A DNA stretch of 64,000 bases from the NCBI RefSeq assembly GCF_009914755.1, contig NC_060942.1, one strand, 5' to 3'. Every line of letters begins with the position of its first letter. Within the stretch, counting starts at the first letter, position 1. The DNA comes from the human T2T-CHM13v2.0 reference genome, Homo sapiens. A program made the position numbers and the translations under genes. The notes under the pieces were generated by a model, which did not search any database, was not told the origin of the DNA, and saw only the letters and a list, made by a program, of their open reading frames with translations. Below are positions 26,458-40,010 of the stretch, piece by piece.

Positions 26458-27047
26458 GAGATTTTTTTAATTGTTCATTTAAATAGAGTTCATGCCCTAA
26501 AACCTTTGCGAGAACATCCTTTTACAGATGAAAGTCCAGATATGCCATCCTGTATTGTAGCCATGGTCGGTATAACCATGCTCGTTTCCAAACTGTCACA
26601 GCACATTGCATATTTTCTCTGATTTGTGAAAGATAATATGTAAAAAGTTTCACAAAAGCATGTGTGCACAAACATACTAACAGAGGTTTGGTGTTTTTTA
26701 ATATTGAGTCATGTAATGGGGAAAAAAGTTGAAATCAGCTGTAGCTCTGAAAGCTGAAATGTGTACTGCCATATTCGTCATGGTTTTCCCTGCTGTTCTG
26801 GAATTCTTCTGTGGGAGCAGGAACACTATTTTATATATGCATATCTTCTCTTCATGAATGCCAGAGACTGGGTTTTAAACTTTAAAAAGTCTCACTCATA
26901 CTAGGTGTCCATTCTTGCTGAGTGATTGAATTATTATTCTACAAGAAGATAAAGGAGCTGTTGCCGCACAAGCTGTCTGGTCTTTTGGGTGATTTGTATT
27001 TTACAAACAAACATTCATTTCCTGTCTACATTTGACCTCTTTTCCAG

Positions 27048-27157
27048 GGAGGTTCCCCTGAAGGATGCTAAGGAATACGCTGAATCCATAGGTGCCATCG
27101 TGGTTGAGACAAGTGCAAAAAATGCTATTAATATCGAAGAGCTCTTTCAAGGAATCA
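27048..27157 (+). CDS. RAB31: RAB31 penultimate coding exon (110 nt; G5/SAK motif region)
   Basis: Acceptor ctcttttccag|G at 27047/27048 and donor A|gtaagt at 27157/27158. Encodes (R)EVPLKDAKEYAESIGAIVVETSAKNAINIEELFQGI(S), matching Rab31 (Rab5/Rab22 group) with the ETSAK G5 box. Splice phase is compatible with the last exon. Confidence 0.97.
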
Positions 27158-29040
27158 GTAAGTACCTGAAATTGGGTTTTCAGCCCAACTTGCATTTTTA
27201 TGCTTCTGGGAGTCAAAGGATAACATTTTAGAACTCTGAAGTGAACTTTTCCTCTGTGTGAATTTATCGGATGCCATGGATACAAAATCTACAGCTATGC
27301 AGTTGTTAATACCCACTTCTATTATACTCTCGATTCTAGATTTCCATGATTCTGTACTGGAACCTGTTCACTCTGAGTTCTGTAAATTAAAATGAAGTAA
27401 TCCTGTTGCAAAAATAAAATTTATTTTAATTGAAAATTATGCATTCTGTAGCATTTTATGTTAGGAGGAGAGAGAAAATAGACAAGGTATAGAACTCAAG
27501 GTCACCCATTAGATGGGATGACTCTAGGTAAACTGAGGGAACCTTCCAGTAACTTTTTTTGCCTGATCATCTCCTACAAAAAGTAATGTCTCCATCCTGT
27601 TTGACCTGAAATTGGGAATTGGATACAGGGTTGGCGTGTACAGGTACCCCATGTGTCTGGTGAGCTAATTAGGGAGGGTGACAGCCTCCTTCCTGGTCCC
27701 AGTGCTGGGTCCCGTTATGCTCACTGTATGCCGGCTCCCCGGGAATAACCTTATCAACCAGAGCTGGTTCCCAGCTAATGGCTCTGCCAACACATCTATC
27801 TGCAGCTGTGAGGCTTCCAGCTCAACAGATTTAACCTTCATAAGTTCTCTGGTTGTGTCATTCTGTTCCGGATTCTGCCAGAGAAGTCCCTGCTGACAGC
27901 CATCTGGGAAAACTGCTCTGAGACACCCTCAGGAAAGTTCGACCGGAGCATTATCAGGGACGTTGGGAGAAGTACAGGTGTTTGATGAAATACTGGCCCT
28001 GAAGTTCCTGGAATAGCCACCGTAGGAGGAGTTGAACCCCAAAACAGTAATTGTCCTCAAATATCTTAGCTCCAGACAACTCCAGAAGGGAAACTGATGG
28101 TTTGATCTCTTTCCTGCCTGAGATCGTTTTTGGCAGAGCTCTCAAAGTCAGAGAAGCCGTGGCTTCCCAGAACAGTTTTGATTTCTGTTTAACTGGTTTG
28201 AGTGCATTACTTTAGACTCCAAGAACCCACAGGAGGGAATCTTTTGTTTATGTTGGCTTGATGGAGAATTCATTGGAGATGGGGAATTCTGACCTGTCTT
28301 ACCTACACTATGCAGAGATATGCAAAAGAAATGTGCAAAAGAATGGCTTGGAGCCTCCCCTCCCCAGCTGCTGGCCCTTTCCTTCACTGGGGTCTTCACC
28401 CCCTTCCCTTCTTTCCACCTTCCCTTTCTTTCCTCCTTTGATTTCTTACTCTCAACAGAATGGTTTCAGGCTCCTTGCCCTGAATGGCTGAACTCTAGCA
28501 GGCTGGGGCTGGAATTTCATGTGGGAAACCCCATGTCCCCACATTCCTCTCCCTTCTCCATCATGGTCAGTGGGTGCAGATGCTCTCTGGTGTTGTGTCA
28601 CTCTGGGTGACATCTAAGTTTGGGCTCGAACTCATTACATTAGCCTCACATTTCCTCAGATTAAACTCATTCTCTTCTGGTGGCGTTAGGCTCTTCTGCT
28701 ATGCTCAGCTATGAAACATTTTGTTTTTACAGGTGGTTTTAATGAATGAAGCTAGATAGCTCCTGAGGACGATTGCCTTAGCACCTTCCATCCTTACAGC
28801 CCCGCGTCTTCCGCAGAGCCCCCTCCTCCTCCTTAGCTCCCTGGCCTTGGAAGACCCCCAGCACAGATATCAGTGGTCAGCCAGGGGAGCCTGGTGCCTT
28901 GTATGACCTGAACTTGAGCTTGAGATCTCTGCACCAGCTGGGAAGCTTTCTGAAGTTTATGAAAGTCATTGTTAAAATTTAAAAATATCAAATAAGGACC
29001 TGAAAGAGAAGAAGCCTGAGTAGGAAGTACTGTACTAATA

Positions 29041-29339
29041 TCTTTTTTCTTTTTTTTTCTGAGACAGAGTCTTTGTTGCTCAGGCTGGAGTGCAGTAGTG
29101 CAATCATAGCTCGCTGCAGCCTCCACCTCCTGGGCTCAAGCAATCCTCCGACCTCAGCCACCTGGGTAGCTGGGACTATAGGTGTGCACCACCACACTCA
29201 GCTAAATTTTTGGATTTTTAGTAGAATCAAGGTCTCGCCATGTTGCCTAGGCTGGTCTCAATCTCCTGAGCTCAAGCAATCTTCCCCCATCGGCCTCCCA
29301 AAGTGCCAGGATTACAGGTGTGAGCCACCACACATGGCT
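29041..29339 (-). mobile_element. AluJ
   Basis: Antisense Alu with J diagnostics. Confidence 0.9.
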
Positions 29340-29636
29340 TGTAGTAATAACTTAAAAGACATTTATCCAGTATAAATCCCTTCCTGTGTGTGACAGGGAC
29401 TTTGAACAGGTTAATTCCTCAGATCTTGGTGGTCTACTTTATGAAAAAACAAGTGCTTTGCTCAAACATGGGTAATTATGGTTTCAAAGTAATTAATTCC
29501 TATATAAGCCATCAAATACCCATATCACCTCATCTTTCATGTCACATAAACAATTGTTTGTTTCTGTTTTATTATACTTTGGTTGTAACTGCCTTGACAA
29601 AGAAAGCTTGTAAATACACAGCCATGGCAAAACCTC

Positions 29637-29916
29637 AGTCTGTCCATCTGTCTGGCTATCCATCTGTCTGTCTATCCATCTTTCCCTCCATCTGTCTGTC
29701 CATCTGTCCACTTGGCTGTCTATCTGTCCATCTGCCTGTCTGTCTCTGTCTGTCCTTCTGTCCATCTGTGTGTATATCCATCTTTCTAGCTGTCCATCTG
29801 TCTATCCATCTGTCCGTCTATCTATCTATTCATCTGTACCTCTGTCTGTCTAGTCATCTGTCTATCTAGCCATCCGTCTGTCTGTCCATCTGTCCATCTG
29901 TCCGCCTGTCTATCTG
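29637..29916. repeat. Degenerate (CTGT/CCAT/CTAT)n tetranucleotide low-complexity tract
   Basis: Directly visible. Confidence 0.9.
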
Positions 29917-30934
29917 CATGTGTAAGCACTGGATCTTTTGCCTCTTTTCTCCTTCATGTGAATTTCTTCAGAATGGAGTTCTGTAGCCTAATTGCAGGTT
30001 AATTTAAAACACAATTCCAAGTACACCTAAATATACTGCAGCAGACTTTTCATTTATTTTTCTTTTCCCTGTTCCTACTTATATTACATGTGCTCCTCCC
30101 TGAGCTTAAAATAGAACTACATATTGCTGACACCTAGGCTCCCCAAAGCAATGTTCCACAGTCGACTATGCCTGGAGAAAAAATGCAATAAAAAGTTAAG
30201 GAGCTGTGAAAATAAAAGCCCTTTAAAAAGGTGTGTTTAAACAAAATGAATTCACATTGACTCGGATGAAGAGATGAATGTTTCTCTTTTACAGTCCCAT
30301 AGTGTTCATAAACCAGAAATGGGACAACTGTGTTTTCTGAACATTGGCAAATACAGTGTCTAACTGGAGACTGCTTACAAAAATATGTTATCTTTTTAAA
30401 GACTGAAGCTACCCTGTAAAGGATTTAGGTGCTGCTCTGTTTGGGGTGGTCTGTGCAGTTTGTCCTCCTCATATAATGTATTGTCGTCTGATTGGTATTC
30501 CTCCAGGCACCCTTTTCTAAATCACATTTTTAGACCTACTTTGTCTGCCTGCATGTGGCTAATTCTCTTCCATGCATTTCTACCCAGGGTTTGTTTATTT
30601 TTTTTTCCTTGGGTTCTTACACCCAAGGAAGAAAAGTAAAAACTTGAGGTTACTTTTGGTTTGTTCTGCCATTTTGACACTTAAACATATTTTATCTTTA
30701 ATTGATTCTCCAAGCGTTTAGGTATGTGTCTGTTCTTCTAGGGCGATTGCAAGTTCTTTGGGAGCTTGTCTTTTGTATTACCCATGAAGCTGAGACTAAT
30801 AAATGGAATGGTGCTGAATTCGGGGCTTTGAATTTGGATCTCCGTCCTCATCTCATGATATAAAGTGAAATGTAATCACTTTTCTCTGGGAATTTAAGGT
30901 TGAAGAACAGCAAATTAGACAAGCCTACTTACTC

Positions 30935-31700
30935 TTGATTCGTTTATTCACAAATATATACTGTACTCTTTTATGGGTAGGTGCCATGCTAGACCCTGGG
31001 GACAGCACGGTGACAAGGCGCAGTGACAGTGGAGTCGGGGAGACAGCTGTGGGCACAGTCAGATCGGTGTCTGGTGACTCTTGGTAATCGGTGCTGCGCG
31101 GCGAAGGAGTGGACTGTGAGAGGTTACTATGGGGCGAGGGAGTGGCTTTAGATTGGGTGAGGAAGGCCTCCCCGGGGAAATGATTTTAAGCTGGACCTGA
31201 AAAACGAGAAAAGGCCAGTGGGCAAAGAGCTATCAGGCAGAGCAAACCGCAGGAGCCAAGTCCCAAGGCAGGAAATGTCGTGGTGCTTTTAAGGAAGAGC
31301 AAGGAGTGCTGTGGGAAGTTGTGGTTAGAGACTCAGCAGGGCCTTGCCATGGGAGTAAGGGTGATACTCTGAAACAATTGGAAGCCCCTCAAGCTTTTAA
31401 AGCAGGAGTGCAGAGTGTCCAATTTACATTTACAAAAAAAGATCACACTTAAAAGGAGGAAAGTCTCCGCATGTCTCAATCAGTTGGCATGCGATTGTAA
31501 TAATCCAGGAGAGAAGTGGCTTGGACGAGGGTGGAGGAAGTGGAGCTGGATTTCAGAAATCTTCCAGAAGAACCAATAACACTGGAAGGAGATGGGGAAT
31601 GAGGAAGACAGCGTTACCAAGAGTCATCCCCAAGTTCTGTTTGCCGGAATGAGGAGGATTGGCATAGGAACAAGTGATCTGGGCTGGATTTGGTTATGAG
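30935..31700 (-). mobile_element. L2 LINE fragment
   Basis: attcgtttattcacaaata...gtgccatgctag..ctggggac, ggaaggcctc...gctggacctgaa, tttacattt..gatcac. Confidence 0.75.
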
Positions 31701-31750
31701 CCTAGCATATAGGATTCTGGATTGTGGTGAACCCAAGTTTTGGTTTGTAG

Positions 31751-31889
31751 ATTATTATTATTTTTTTATTTTTAGAGATGAGGTCTCGCTGTATTGTCCA
31801 GGCTGGTCTTGAACTCCTGGGCTCAAGTGGTCCTCCCGCCTTGGCTTCCCAAAGTGCTGGGATTACAGGTATGTGCCACCATGGCCAGC
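31751..31889 (-). mobile_element. Alu monomer (FLAM-like)
   Basis: Left-monomer sequence only. Confidence 0.85.
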
Positions 31890-32187
31890 TGGTTTGTGGA
31901 TTTTAATTACTTAACTCGAATATCTCTTTAAAAGTATTTTAACTTTTCCTGAGGGCAAAGAGAGGTGGAGCTGCAGGCTCAGCAGAAAAATGTCTGGATT
32001 GGGGTGGAACCCAGCAAAATAGCTATGCATTTTGCTCCAGTTAATTTAAATGTTGACTGTGGCAGAGAAAGCAGGACTTTCTCCTGAAAATTACACTTGG
32101 AGACACTAGAGACATTAGACCAGGTTTTATATTTGTTGTTAGTTTGAGAGCAAGGTGAGAAACATTTGTTTTATTAAGGTGAATATA

Positions 32188-32355
32188 TGGGCATGGCGGT
32201 GTGCACCTGTAGTCCCAGCTACTCTGGAGACTGAGGCAGGAGGATCACTTGGGCCCAGGAGTTTGAGGCTGCAGTGAGCTATGACTGTGCCACCGCCCTG
32301 CAGCCTGGGCAACAGAACGAGATCCTATCTCTAAAATAAATAAATAAATAAATAA
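32188..32355 (+). mobile_element. Alu monomer (FRAM/AluJ right arm) with (TAAA)n tail
   Basis: Right-monomer sequence only. Confidence 0.85.
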
Positions 32356-32849
32356 GGTAAATATATTTAGAGGTACAAGCATATTGGCTTGGAAAATTGG
32401 AATGGGGTGTTAATATGAAAGACAACAAGTTAAGACTTGTGGGTAGTGATCATGTCTTGTTCTGGAAACATTTGTTCACAGAGTGTTGTGCTCTAGGCAC
32501 CTTTAGTTAGTAGCAGGTTAAAGTAATTTTAAAGCAAAGCAAAAGGTTTGCAGATTTTATAATAGTCAGCAAGCTGTCAGGTGAAGGTAAGTTTAGCAGT
32601 TAAGGAACAAGGAAAGGACAAAGACAAAGTTTGTCCACTTTCTCACCCCAAAAAAAAGTTAATTTACCAAATGCAATCCACTTAAGAAAGTGGACAGACT
32701 TTCTTACACCAAGAAAGTTAATTTAGTGAATGTAAAATAATGTCATTTCGGCATATGGGCAAGTTGGGTCTCAAAAGGCATGTCTTTTATTCCAGCAATT
32801 CTAAAGAAGAAATTCTTCAGGTGTGCAAACATAATAACAAGGTTTAATA

Positions 32850-33070
32850 TGTATGGAGCTCTGATTCTGTGCTTTTGTTGCAATTGCTGAAATATATACT
32901 TAGCTCATTAATGCACCCTTGATCCTGTGAAGTAGGCTCTGTTATCATCCCTGTTTTACAGATGAGGAAATTGAGGCCTGGAGAGGCTTGTAACTTTCCC
33001 CAGGGCACACAGCTAATAAGTGAGAGACAGGCAGGCAGGCTCCGGGGCACATGCTCTTAGCTTGTCTATA
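32850..33070 (-). mobile_element. MIR
   Basis: ttatcatccctgttttacagatgaggaaattgaggc core. Confidence 0.85.
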
Positions 33071-33294
33071 TCATGTCCCATTGCACAGCGTGGTTTATTG
33101 TAACATTATTCATGATAGCAGAAAACAGGAAATTACTGAACTGTCCAAAAGTTAGGAAATAGTTTTTAAGAAATCATGGTACACCCATATAAACAAGTGA
33201 TTCAAAAGGATGACATAAATCTTTGTTTACTGACATAAAAAGATCAATCATTGAATGTGAAATGGAAGTTACAGAGCAGTTCATATAATATCCT

Positions 33295-33445
33295 TATTTC
33301 ACAATATATCTCATATTTCATAATATTTCATAATCTATTTCAATATCATATTTCATATATTTCATAATATATTTCAATATCATATTTCATAATATATTTC
33401 AATATCATATTTCATATATTTCATAATATATTTCAATATATATAA
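33295..33445. repeat. AT-rich tandem repeat (ATATTTCAT-based) inside an L1ME remnant
   Basis: Repeated atatttcataat/atatttcaatatc units. Confidence 0.85.
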
Positions 33446-34054
33446 TGATAAATATTATTCCAAGAATATATCCTTCTTGGAAGGATACATATCAAAATGT
33501 TAACAGTGGTTGTTTCATGATGGTCAGATTCCAGGGAACTTAAAAAACACTTTATTATGTAAAATTTCAAACATATACACAAGTGCACTGAATAATATAG
33601 TGAACCATTGTATACTCAAAACCAAGCTTGTGCCATCTCTATCCCATCCTGTGCTCACCACCTGTATTATTTTGAAGAGAATCTCAGACATCTAATTTAA
33701 TCTATAAATATTTTGTCCATAATTTTTTTAAACAATGACAACTATGTTATCATATTAATAACCAGAATGCTGTTATCATATTAATTACTATCATCAAATA
33801 AACAGTCAGTGGTCAAATTTCCAAAAAGTTCATAGTTGTCATAAATGGTTTCTTTGTTTGCATGTTACCATTTGTTTACATCAGAATGGAAATAATCTCC
33901 ACATGCTGGGATTAGTTGGTATGTCTTTTAGGCCTCTCTTAAGCAATAGCTTTCCATTCCATCTTTCTTTTTTTCCCCTTATGCAATTTGTTTATCCAAG
34001 AAATTAGATCAGTTTTCCTGCAGAGTTTAAGACAATATGGATTTTGCTGAGTTC

Positions 34055-34755
34055 CTTTTTTTTTTTTCCTGAATAGTATTCCATTGCATGCATAAACCAC
34101 AATTTATTAATCTATTCACCTAGCATTTGGATTGTTTTCAGTTTTGGGTGATAACCAGTAAAGGTGCTATGAGTATTCATTTACAAGTCTTTGTGTGTGT
34201 AAATACTATGGATTGGAATGGCTGTCTTATCTGGTAGGTGTGTTTTTAACTTTCTAAGATTAGAATGCCAAACTGTCTTCCAAGTGGTTTTACTACAGTA
34301 TGTTACCACCACCAATGTGTGGGAGTTCCAGTTGCTCCAAGTCCTTGTCAACGCTTGGTACCGTCGGTTTGTAAAATATTAACCATTCGAAAGGAAGTAT
34401 AGTGGTATCTCATTGTGATTTTTGTTTGCATTTTCCTAATGACTAGTAATGTTGAGTGTCTTTTCATGAGCTTGTTTTCAATTTGTATAACTTGGTGAAG
34501 AGCCTCTTCAAATTTTACCCATTTTGTAATGGGTCGTTTGTCTTCTTATTGTTGAGTTCTAAAGGTTACTTATATATTTTGGATACATATTTTTTATCAG
34601 ATATTTGTTTTTCAATTATTTTCTCCCAAGCTGTGGCTTGTCTTCATTTTCTTGACAGTGTTGTTTGGAGAAAAGAGGTTTTTAATTATTGATGAAGTGT
34701 AGTTTGTCAGATTTTTTCCCTTTTGATTTGTGCTTTTTCTGTCTTATAATTTCTA
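34055..34755 (-). mobile_element. L1M fragment
   Basis: Antisense L1 3' motifs (gaatagtattccattg, gtggtatctcattgtg). Confidence 0.8.
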
Positions 34756-34779
34756 AATGTTAAAATAAAAAAAATTAAA

Positions 34780-35345
34780 GGGATACATCCATATAATGGA
34801 ATATTATAAGGGATAAAAAGAAAATGAGCTATCAAACCATAAAAAATGTGGAAGAACCTTAAATGCATATTGCTGAGTGAAAGGAGCCAATCTGAAAAGG
34901 CTACACACTGTATGACTCCAACTACATGACACTCTGGAGAAGACAAAATTGTGGAGTCAGTGAAAAGATCAGTGGTTGCTGTGGGTTGTCGGGGAAGGGA
35001 TGAATTGGTGGGTCACAGGATTTTTAGGGCAGTGAAACTGTTCTGTCTGATACTATAAAGGAGGATACATGTTATTACATGTTTATCAAAACCCATAAAA
35101 TATACAGTGCCAAAACGGAACCCTCCTGTGAACTATAGACTGACTATCCTTAATAGTAATGTCTTCAGCAAATGTTGGTTCATCAGTTGTTACAAATGTT
35201 CCACTAAACTAAGATGTTAAAAGTGGGAGAAATTGAAGATGAGGAGAGGAAGGTATATGCCAATTCTCTATTTTTCACTCAATTTTTTTCCATAAACCAA
35301 AAACTGCTCAAAAAATAAATAAATAAAGTTTATCAATTAAAAAAA
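34780..35345 (+). mobile_element. L1MB/MC 3' UTR
   Basis: gaaccttaaatgcatattgctgagtgaaagg..ccaatctgaaaaggctac, with an A-rich end. Confidence 0.8.
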
Positions 35346-35390
35346 GAAAGAGAAAGGTGCCTTTGAGTGGTAGGGAAGCCTAATGATTTT

Positions 35391-35404
35391 TTTTAAGGTT
35401 TTCT

Positions 35405-35442
<38 letters not shown>

Positions 35443-35728
35443 AACTTTAAATTCCAGGATACATATGCAGAACATGCGGGTTTGTTACACAGGTATACAT
35501 ATGCCATAGTGGTTTGCTGCACGTATCAACACGTCATCTAGGTTTTAAGCCCTGCATGCATTAGGTATTTGTCCTAATGCTCTCGCTCCCCCACCCCCAA
35601 CCCCTCAACAGGTCCTGGTGTGTGATGTTCCCCTCCCTGTGTCCATGTGTTCTCATTGTTCAACTCCCACTTATGAGTGAGAACACGTGGTGTTTGGTTT
35701 TCTGTTCCTGTGTTAGTTTGCTGAGAAC
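35391..35728 (-). mobile_element. 5'-truncated L1PA 3' end
   Basis: L1PA 3' UTR with poly(A) tail. TSD GGGAAGCCTAATGATTTT (extends to 24 nt with 2 mismatches) at 35367-35390 and 35729-35752. Confidence 0.92.
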
Positions 35729-38700
35729 GTGGAGGGGAAGCCTAATGATTTTAAAGTAGCTTAAGTCTCTCCTTGTTGGACACCTCAGCATTTTGGAGCA
35801 ATTGTGACCTCCCCTGATTCCCCTCGTGCAGGTGCATCACCACTTCTTTACCTCCCTAGACTTTTAACTTCAGGCTTTTTGGTCTCTGTCTTGACTCTCC
35901 CGCCTCCAGGCAGTTGTCACCTCCTGCCAAGCATCTTCCACAGTTTCCCTTTCCATCTGTGCTTCCTGCTTCCCCGTGGCACACTTAAGGCTCACCTAAC
36001 CCCTGACCTGGGCTTTCCAGGCCTCCTGACCTAATGAGCTTCCCACCTGAGAATCCATTCCGGTCCTTTATAGCATGTAGCGCGTTCCTCTTTATCCTAA
36101 TATTCAGGGCCTTCTAGTAATCCTAATATTGTCTTCTTTATGGCAGCAAGAGGACAGTGATAGGGAATAACTTCAAGTAGCATGTGTGTGTCCCCCAGTT
36201 CTGCATTATTAGGGCGATGTTCCATGATCGTGAGTCATTGCTGTGTTCCAGAGACCCCCTCTCTACATGGCTAGAGGCTAAAGGTCATTATCAAGAGTGA
36301 ATACTGCCAAGTCCTAGCAAACTTGGTCAAGTTACTCATCTAGATGATTCAGAAAATCAAATCAAGAAATGGATGTTACACAGCAACTGCCAGCATTGCT
36401 AACACCAAACAAAAGATAACCAAGCCAAGTAAATACTGGAACTGGAATGAAAGGAGAGAAGAATTACATACAGTGGAATGGTTAGCGGGAGAATCAGCGC
36501 TTGCGCAGGAAATGGCTGGTCCACGGGGAAAGGGAACAGCCCCAGCTAAGCTTGCTGTTTTATTTTTGTTGTGTGTAAATACATGACAGCCCAGTTCCGA
36601 GCCAGGATAAAACTTACAGGCTAGGAATTTGTTTTCACATACTGTGTTCCTGTGGAATCATTTCTAAAACCTGCGTTTCCTCTAGACTGTCAACTTTCAG
36701 GAAAACTGAACTTAAAAAAAAAAAAGTCTTTTAAACTTCTCCTAGACAGCATCTTACAAAATCCAAACCCTATTAAAATAAACACTCTGGCCTCAAATTT
36801 ATGCTCAAGGACAACTTGTTCTGGAGGCTGACTACTTAGAGCACATTTTGTAAGAGTGGAAACCTACAGACTATGCTCAGAGCCTTTTCAGATGTTTTTG
36901 TATATATTTTTGTCCTGCTCTATGCCTGTGTAAATAATACTGATTCAACAGAGTTCCAAGGTGATCACCTTGGTACAGAAAGCCATGGCCATTTTCCAAA
37001 ACCATGCCTTTGTGTAAGTGCCTTGAACCTTCCGGTAAATTCTGAATACCTTAGGCCCTAAGATCGGGGTTTGCGTTCGGGGTTTGCTTTCTTGTTTTGC
37101 GTTCTGGTTTCCTGGTGCAGGCTCCCTTCTCCTTTTAAAGGTGCCGGCCTCATTGTTATGATCTGGCTTTTCTCTTTCTCTGCGTGGAAGCATTTCCTTC
37201 TCCCTGTGTTTAAGGTTGGCATGTGTGTGACTTATCCCAGGCTGAGAGTTTTGTAGATGAGATGGGTCCCGGTCCACTAACTGAACCCTGAGAATTGACC
37301 GTGACCATGAATCACACAGCATTTCTCCCCGCCATGCAAAACCCATGAGCCGTGCCCAGAAGCCCTCAACTGCTGGGGACTCCCTCCATCATCATTTGTT
37401 CCTCCCCTTTTAGTGACGGCTGTGTGTGTTCCTTTCCCACATTCGTTCTATAGGTGAACAAAGGAAGGCTCGGAGGTTTTAAATAACTGGTCCAAGTTCA
37501 TTGAACTGGAATGCTGACTCTCTCACATCTCAAAACTCTTCCTACCAAAGGAGAAAAATGAAGTCTGAGAAATATTTTACTCTAATAAGTGAAATTTTGA
37601 ATACTCTGAAGATAAAAGAACCTGGCACTCCTAAGAAGCCATGTTCAACAGCTGATTCAAGAGTGCTGCTAAGAGTTCAAAACATGCAGGAGGGGAGTCT
37701 TCTTGAGACAGAGCCAGGCCTTCCTCAATTTTGCATTCTGTGCATCAGTGCTCATTGTTGACTGGGGAGAGAAATGAGAAGCAGCAAAGAGGAAGGAGGT
37801 GGCGGAAAGCGGGGAAAGGTGTGGACAGACCTTCCTGGCATCCTACTTTGCTATCTGTACGCTCTTCCTTTCTAGATTTTCATTATACTTTTGTCACTTT
37901 AATAACTGTCTTACATATAAACTTTTTCTTTAATTTGTGTACTTTCCAAAGCAAAAAACTTATGAAAACAAGACATGAGGGAAATAAAGTCATGGAGGGC
38001 TAAAAAGCTAATGCTGTTCTGCTAACATTAGGATTAGCATAAGGACAGCACAAAGTTTTGATGTTAACATAGAATTTGATTTTGATACAGTGAAAAATGC
38101 TAAAATGTCAACTCCTTTTACTGATAAGTAAACAGCTCTTGGCTAACTAGGGCAACAGCTGTACCCATGAGAATTATAGTACTGTCCAAAAATATTTCAG
38201 GTGCAAAAGCAAAAGTCCTGATTGCAGTGTGTAACACACTCAGGAGGCTCCTGAAATATTACTAACTTCAATAATGATGTAACTCGACACTGTCACCCCT
38301 TTCTCTTCAGGAGTAAGTAACTCTTTATTGGCAAGATCTGACTTGGCTAGATCTTTAAAGAGTACTGGTAGTCATTGGAGACTTCCTTCTCTATTTATCA
38401 CTTAAGGTTGACCAAGTAGAAGAGGCATTTTGTTTACTCCCTTTTAATTGTGATAAATTTAAAAGAATAGCATGTCCAGAAAAGGAAAATTCATACTTAT
38501 GGTCTCCTTTCCTCCTGGATTGGGACTGAAGTTTTTGGAGATGTCCTGCAAAAGCTCTGTAGATCTCTGTTGGCTACACAAAATGGCAAAAGCCACAGCT
38601 GCAGAAATTGTTGCAAACTTTTCATTTGCTTCATCATCAAATGAAGATCTCTACTATTACTTTTGAGTTTGGAGTTAAATGCTGGTGACCTTCATCTTTA

Positions 38701-39104
38701 TGCTGAAGCTTTGGTGACTGTCTATACCATCTGATCTACACAATGTATTATCACCTTTGAAATCAACTCTTTTTGTCCCTTGTGGAAATGCACCTCTGCT
38801 GGGGTGTTTTGGTGCTCTATATTGTCATTAAGTAACACCCACTTGCATTAAAAGACTTTGTCAGGGCCCAGCGCATAGTCAGTATTCCGTGCTATCAGTG
38901 TGTGTTCAGATTCTCCTCTTACTGGTTTTCTTAGACTGTACTGTTTTCTAAGCAAATGCCCATGTGTGATTTTTAAGATGTGCTGGGGAAAAATAAATCA
39001 ATACCACAACCAAAAAAAAAAAAGACTTTGTCTTTAGAACCAATTTCCCTTCCACTTCTAATTACTGGTTCCTTAGCAAATGAATACACTAACTAGCCAA
39101 TAAT

Positions 39105-39105
<1 letters not shown>

Positions 39106-39188
<83 letters not shown>
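39106..39188. repeat. Compound STR (TAGA)10 TGA (TAGA)10
   Basis: Counted from sequence. Confidence 0.95.
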
Positions 39189-39190
<2 letters not shown>

Positions 39191-39204
39191 TAGATATTCA
39201 TTTT

Positions 39205-39507
<303 letters not shown>

Positions 39508-39832
39508 TCATTTTAGAGCTAGTGTTTCATGCCTTTTTCAAGGGGCATAGAAAAGTAGCAAAGAGACCTAATGTGGTTCAGTGGGAAGAGCACAGGCCTT
39601 GCGACCCATCAGGAAGTCAAGGTGTAGATTATAATCAAAGCACCAGCTGTACTACTGCCTGTTATTGATGGGACCTACAGCAAAGTGCTCAAGTTCTCGA
39701 GTCACAGTGAAATGGTGATAATAACGACCATTACATCAAATTCACAGGGCGAGGTGAGGATGGTGTTTGTGAAAATCTTTGAAAACTGGGAGCTACTAAG
39801 GTTATTTCCAGATTCCATTGCCTTTTTTCAGA

Positions 39833-40010
39833 AAACAACTTTATTGAGATAAAATTCACATACCATACATTTCACCCATTTCAAATGTACAATTCGGTGG
39901 TGTTGGTATATTCACAGATCTGTGCAGCCATCAGCACAGTCAATTTTAGAAAAATCACCTCATAAAGAAACCCATACCCTTTAGCTGTCATCTCCCTGGC
40001 CCCTTCCATT
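39833..40010 (-). mobile_element. L1MB 3' end fragment
   Basis: aacaactttattgagataaaattcacataccata...caattttagaa. Confidence 0.8.

Noticed and set aside
26989-27231. 80-aa ORF as a standalone CDS
   Set aside because: Only 27048-27157 is exon; the flanks are intronic read-through beyond canonical splice sites.
29390-29869. 159-aa ORF
   Set aside because: Its length comes from the CTGT/CCAT low-complexity tract.
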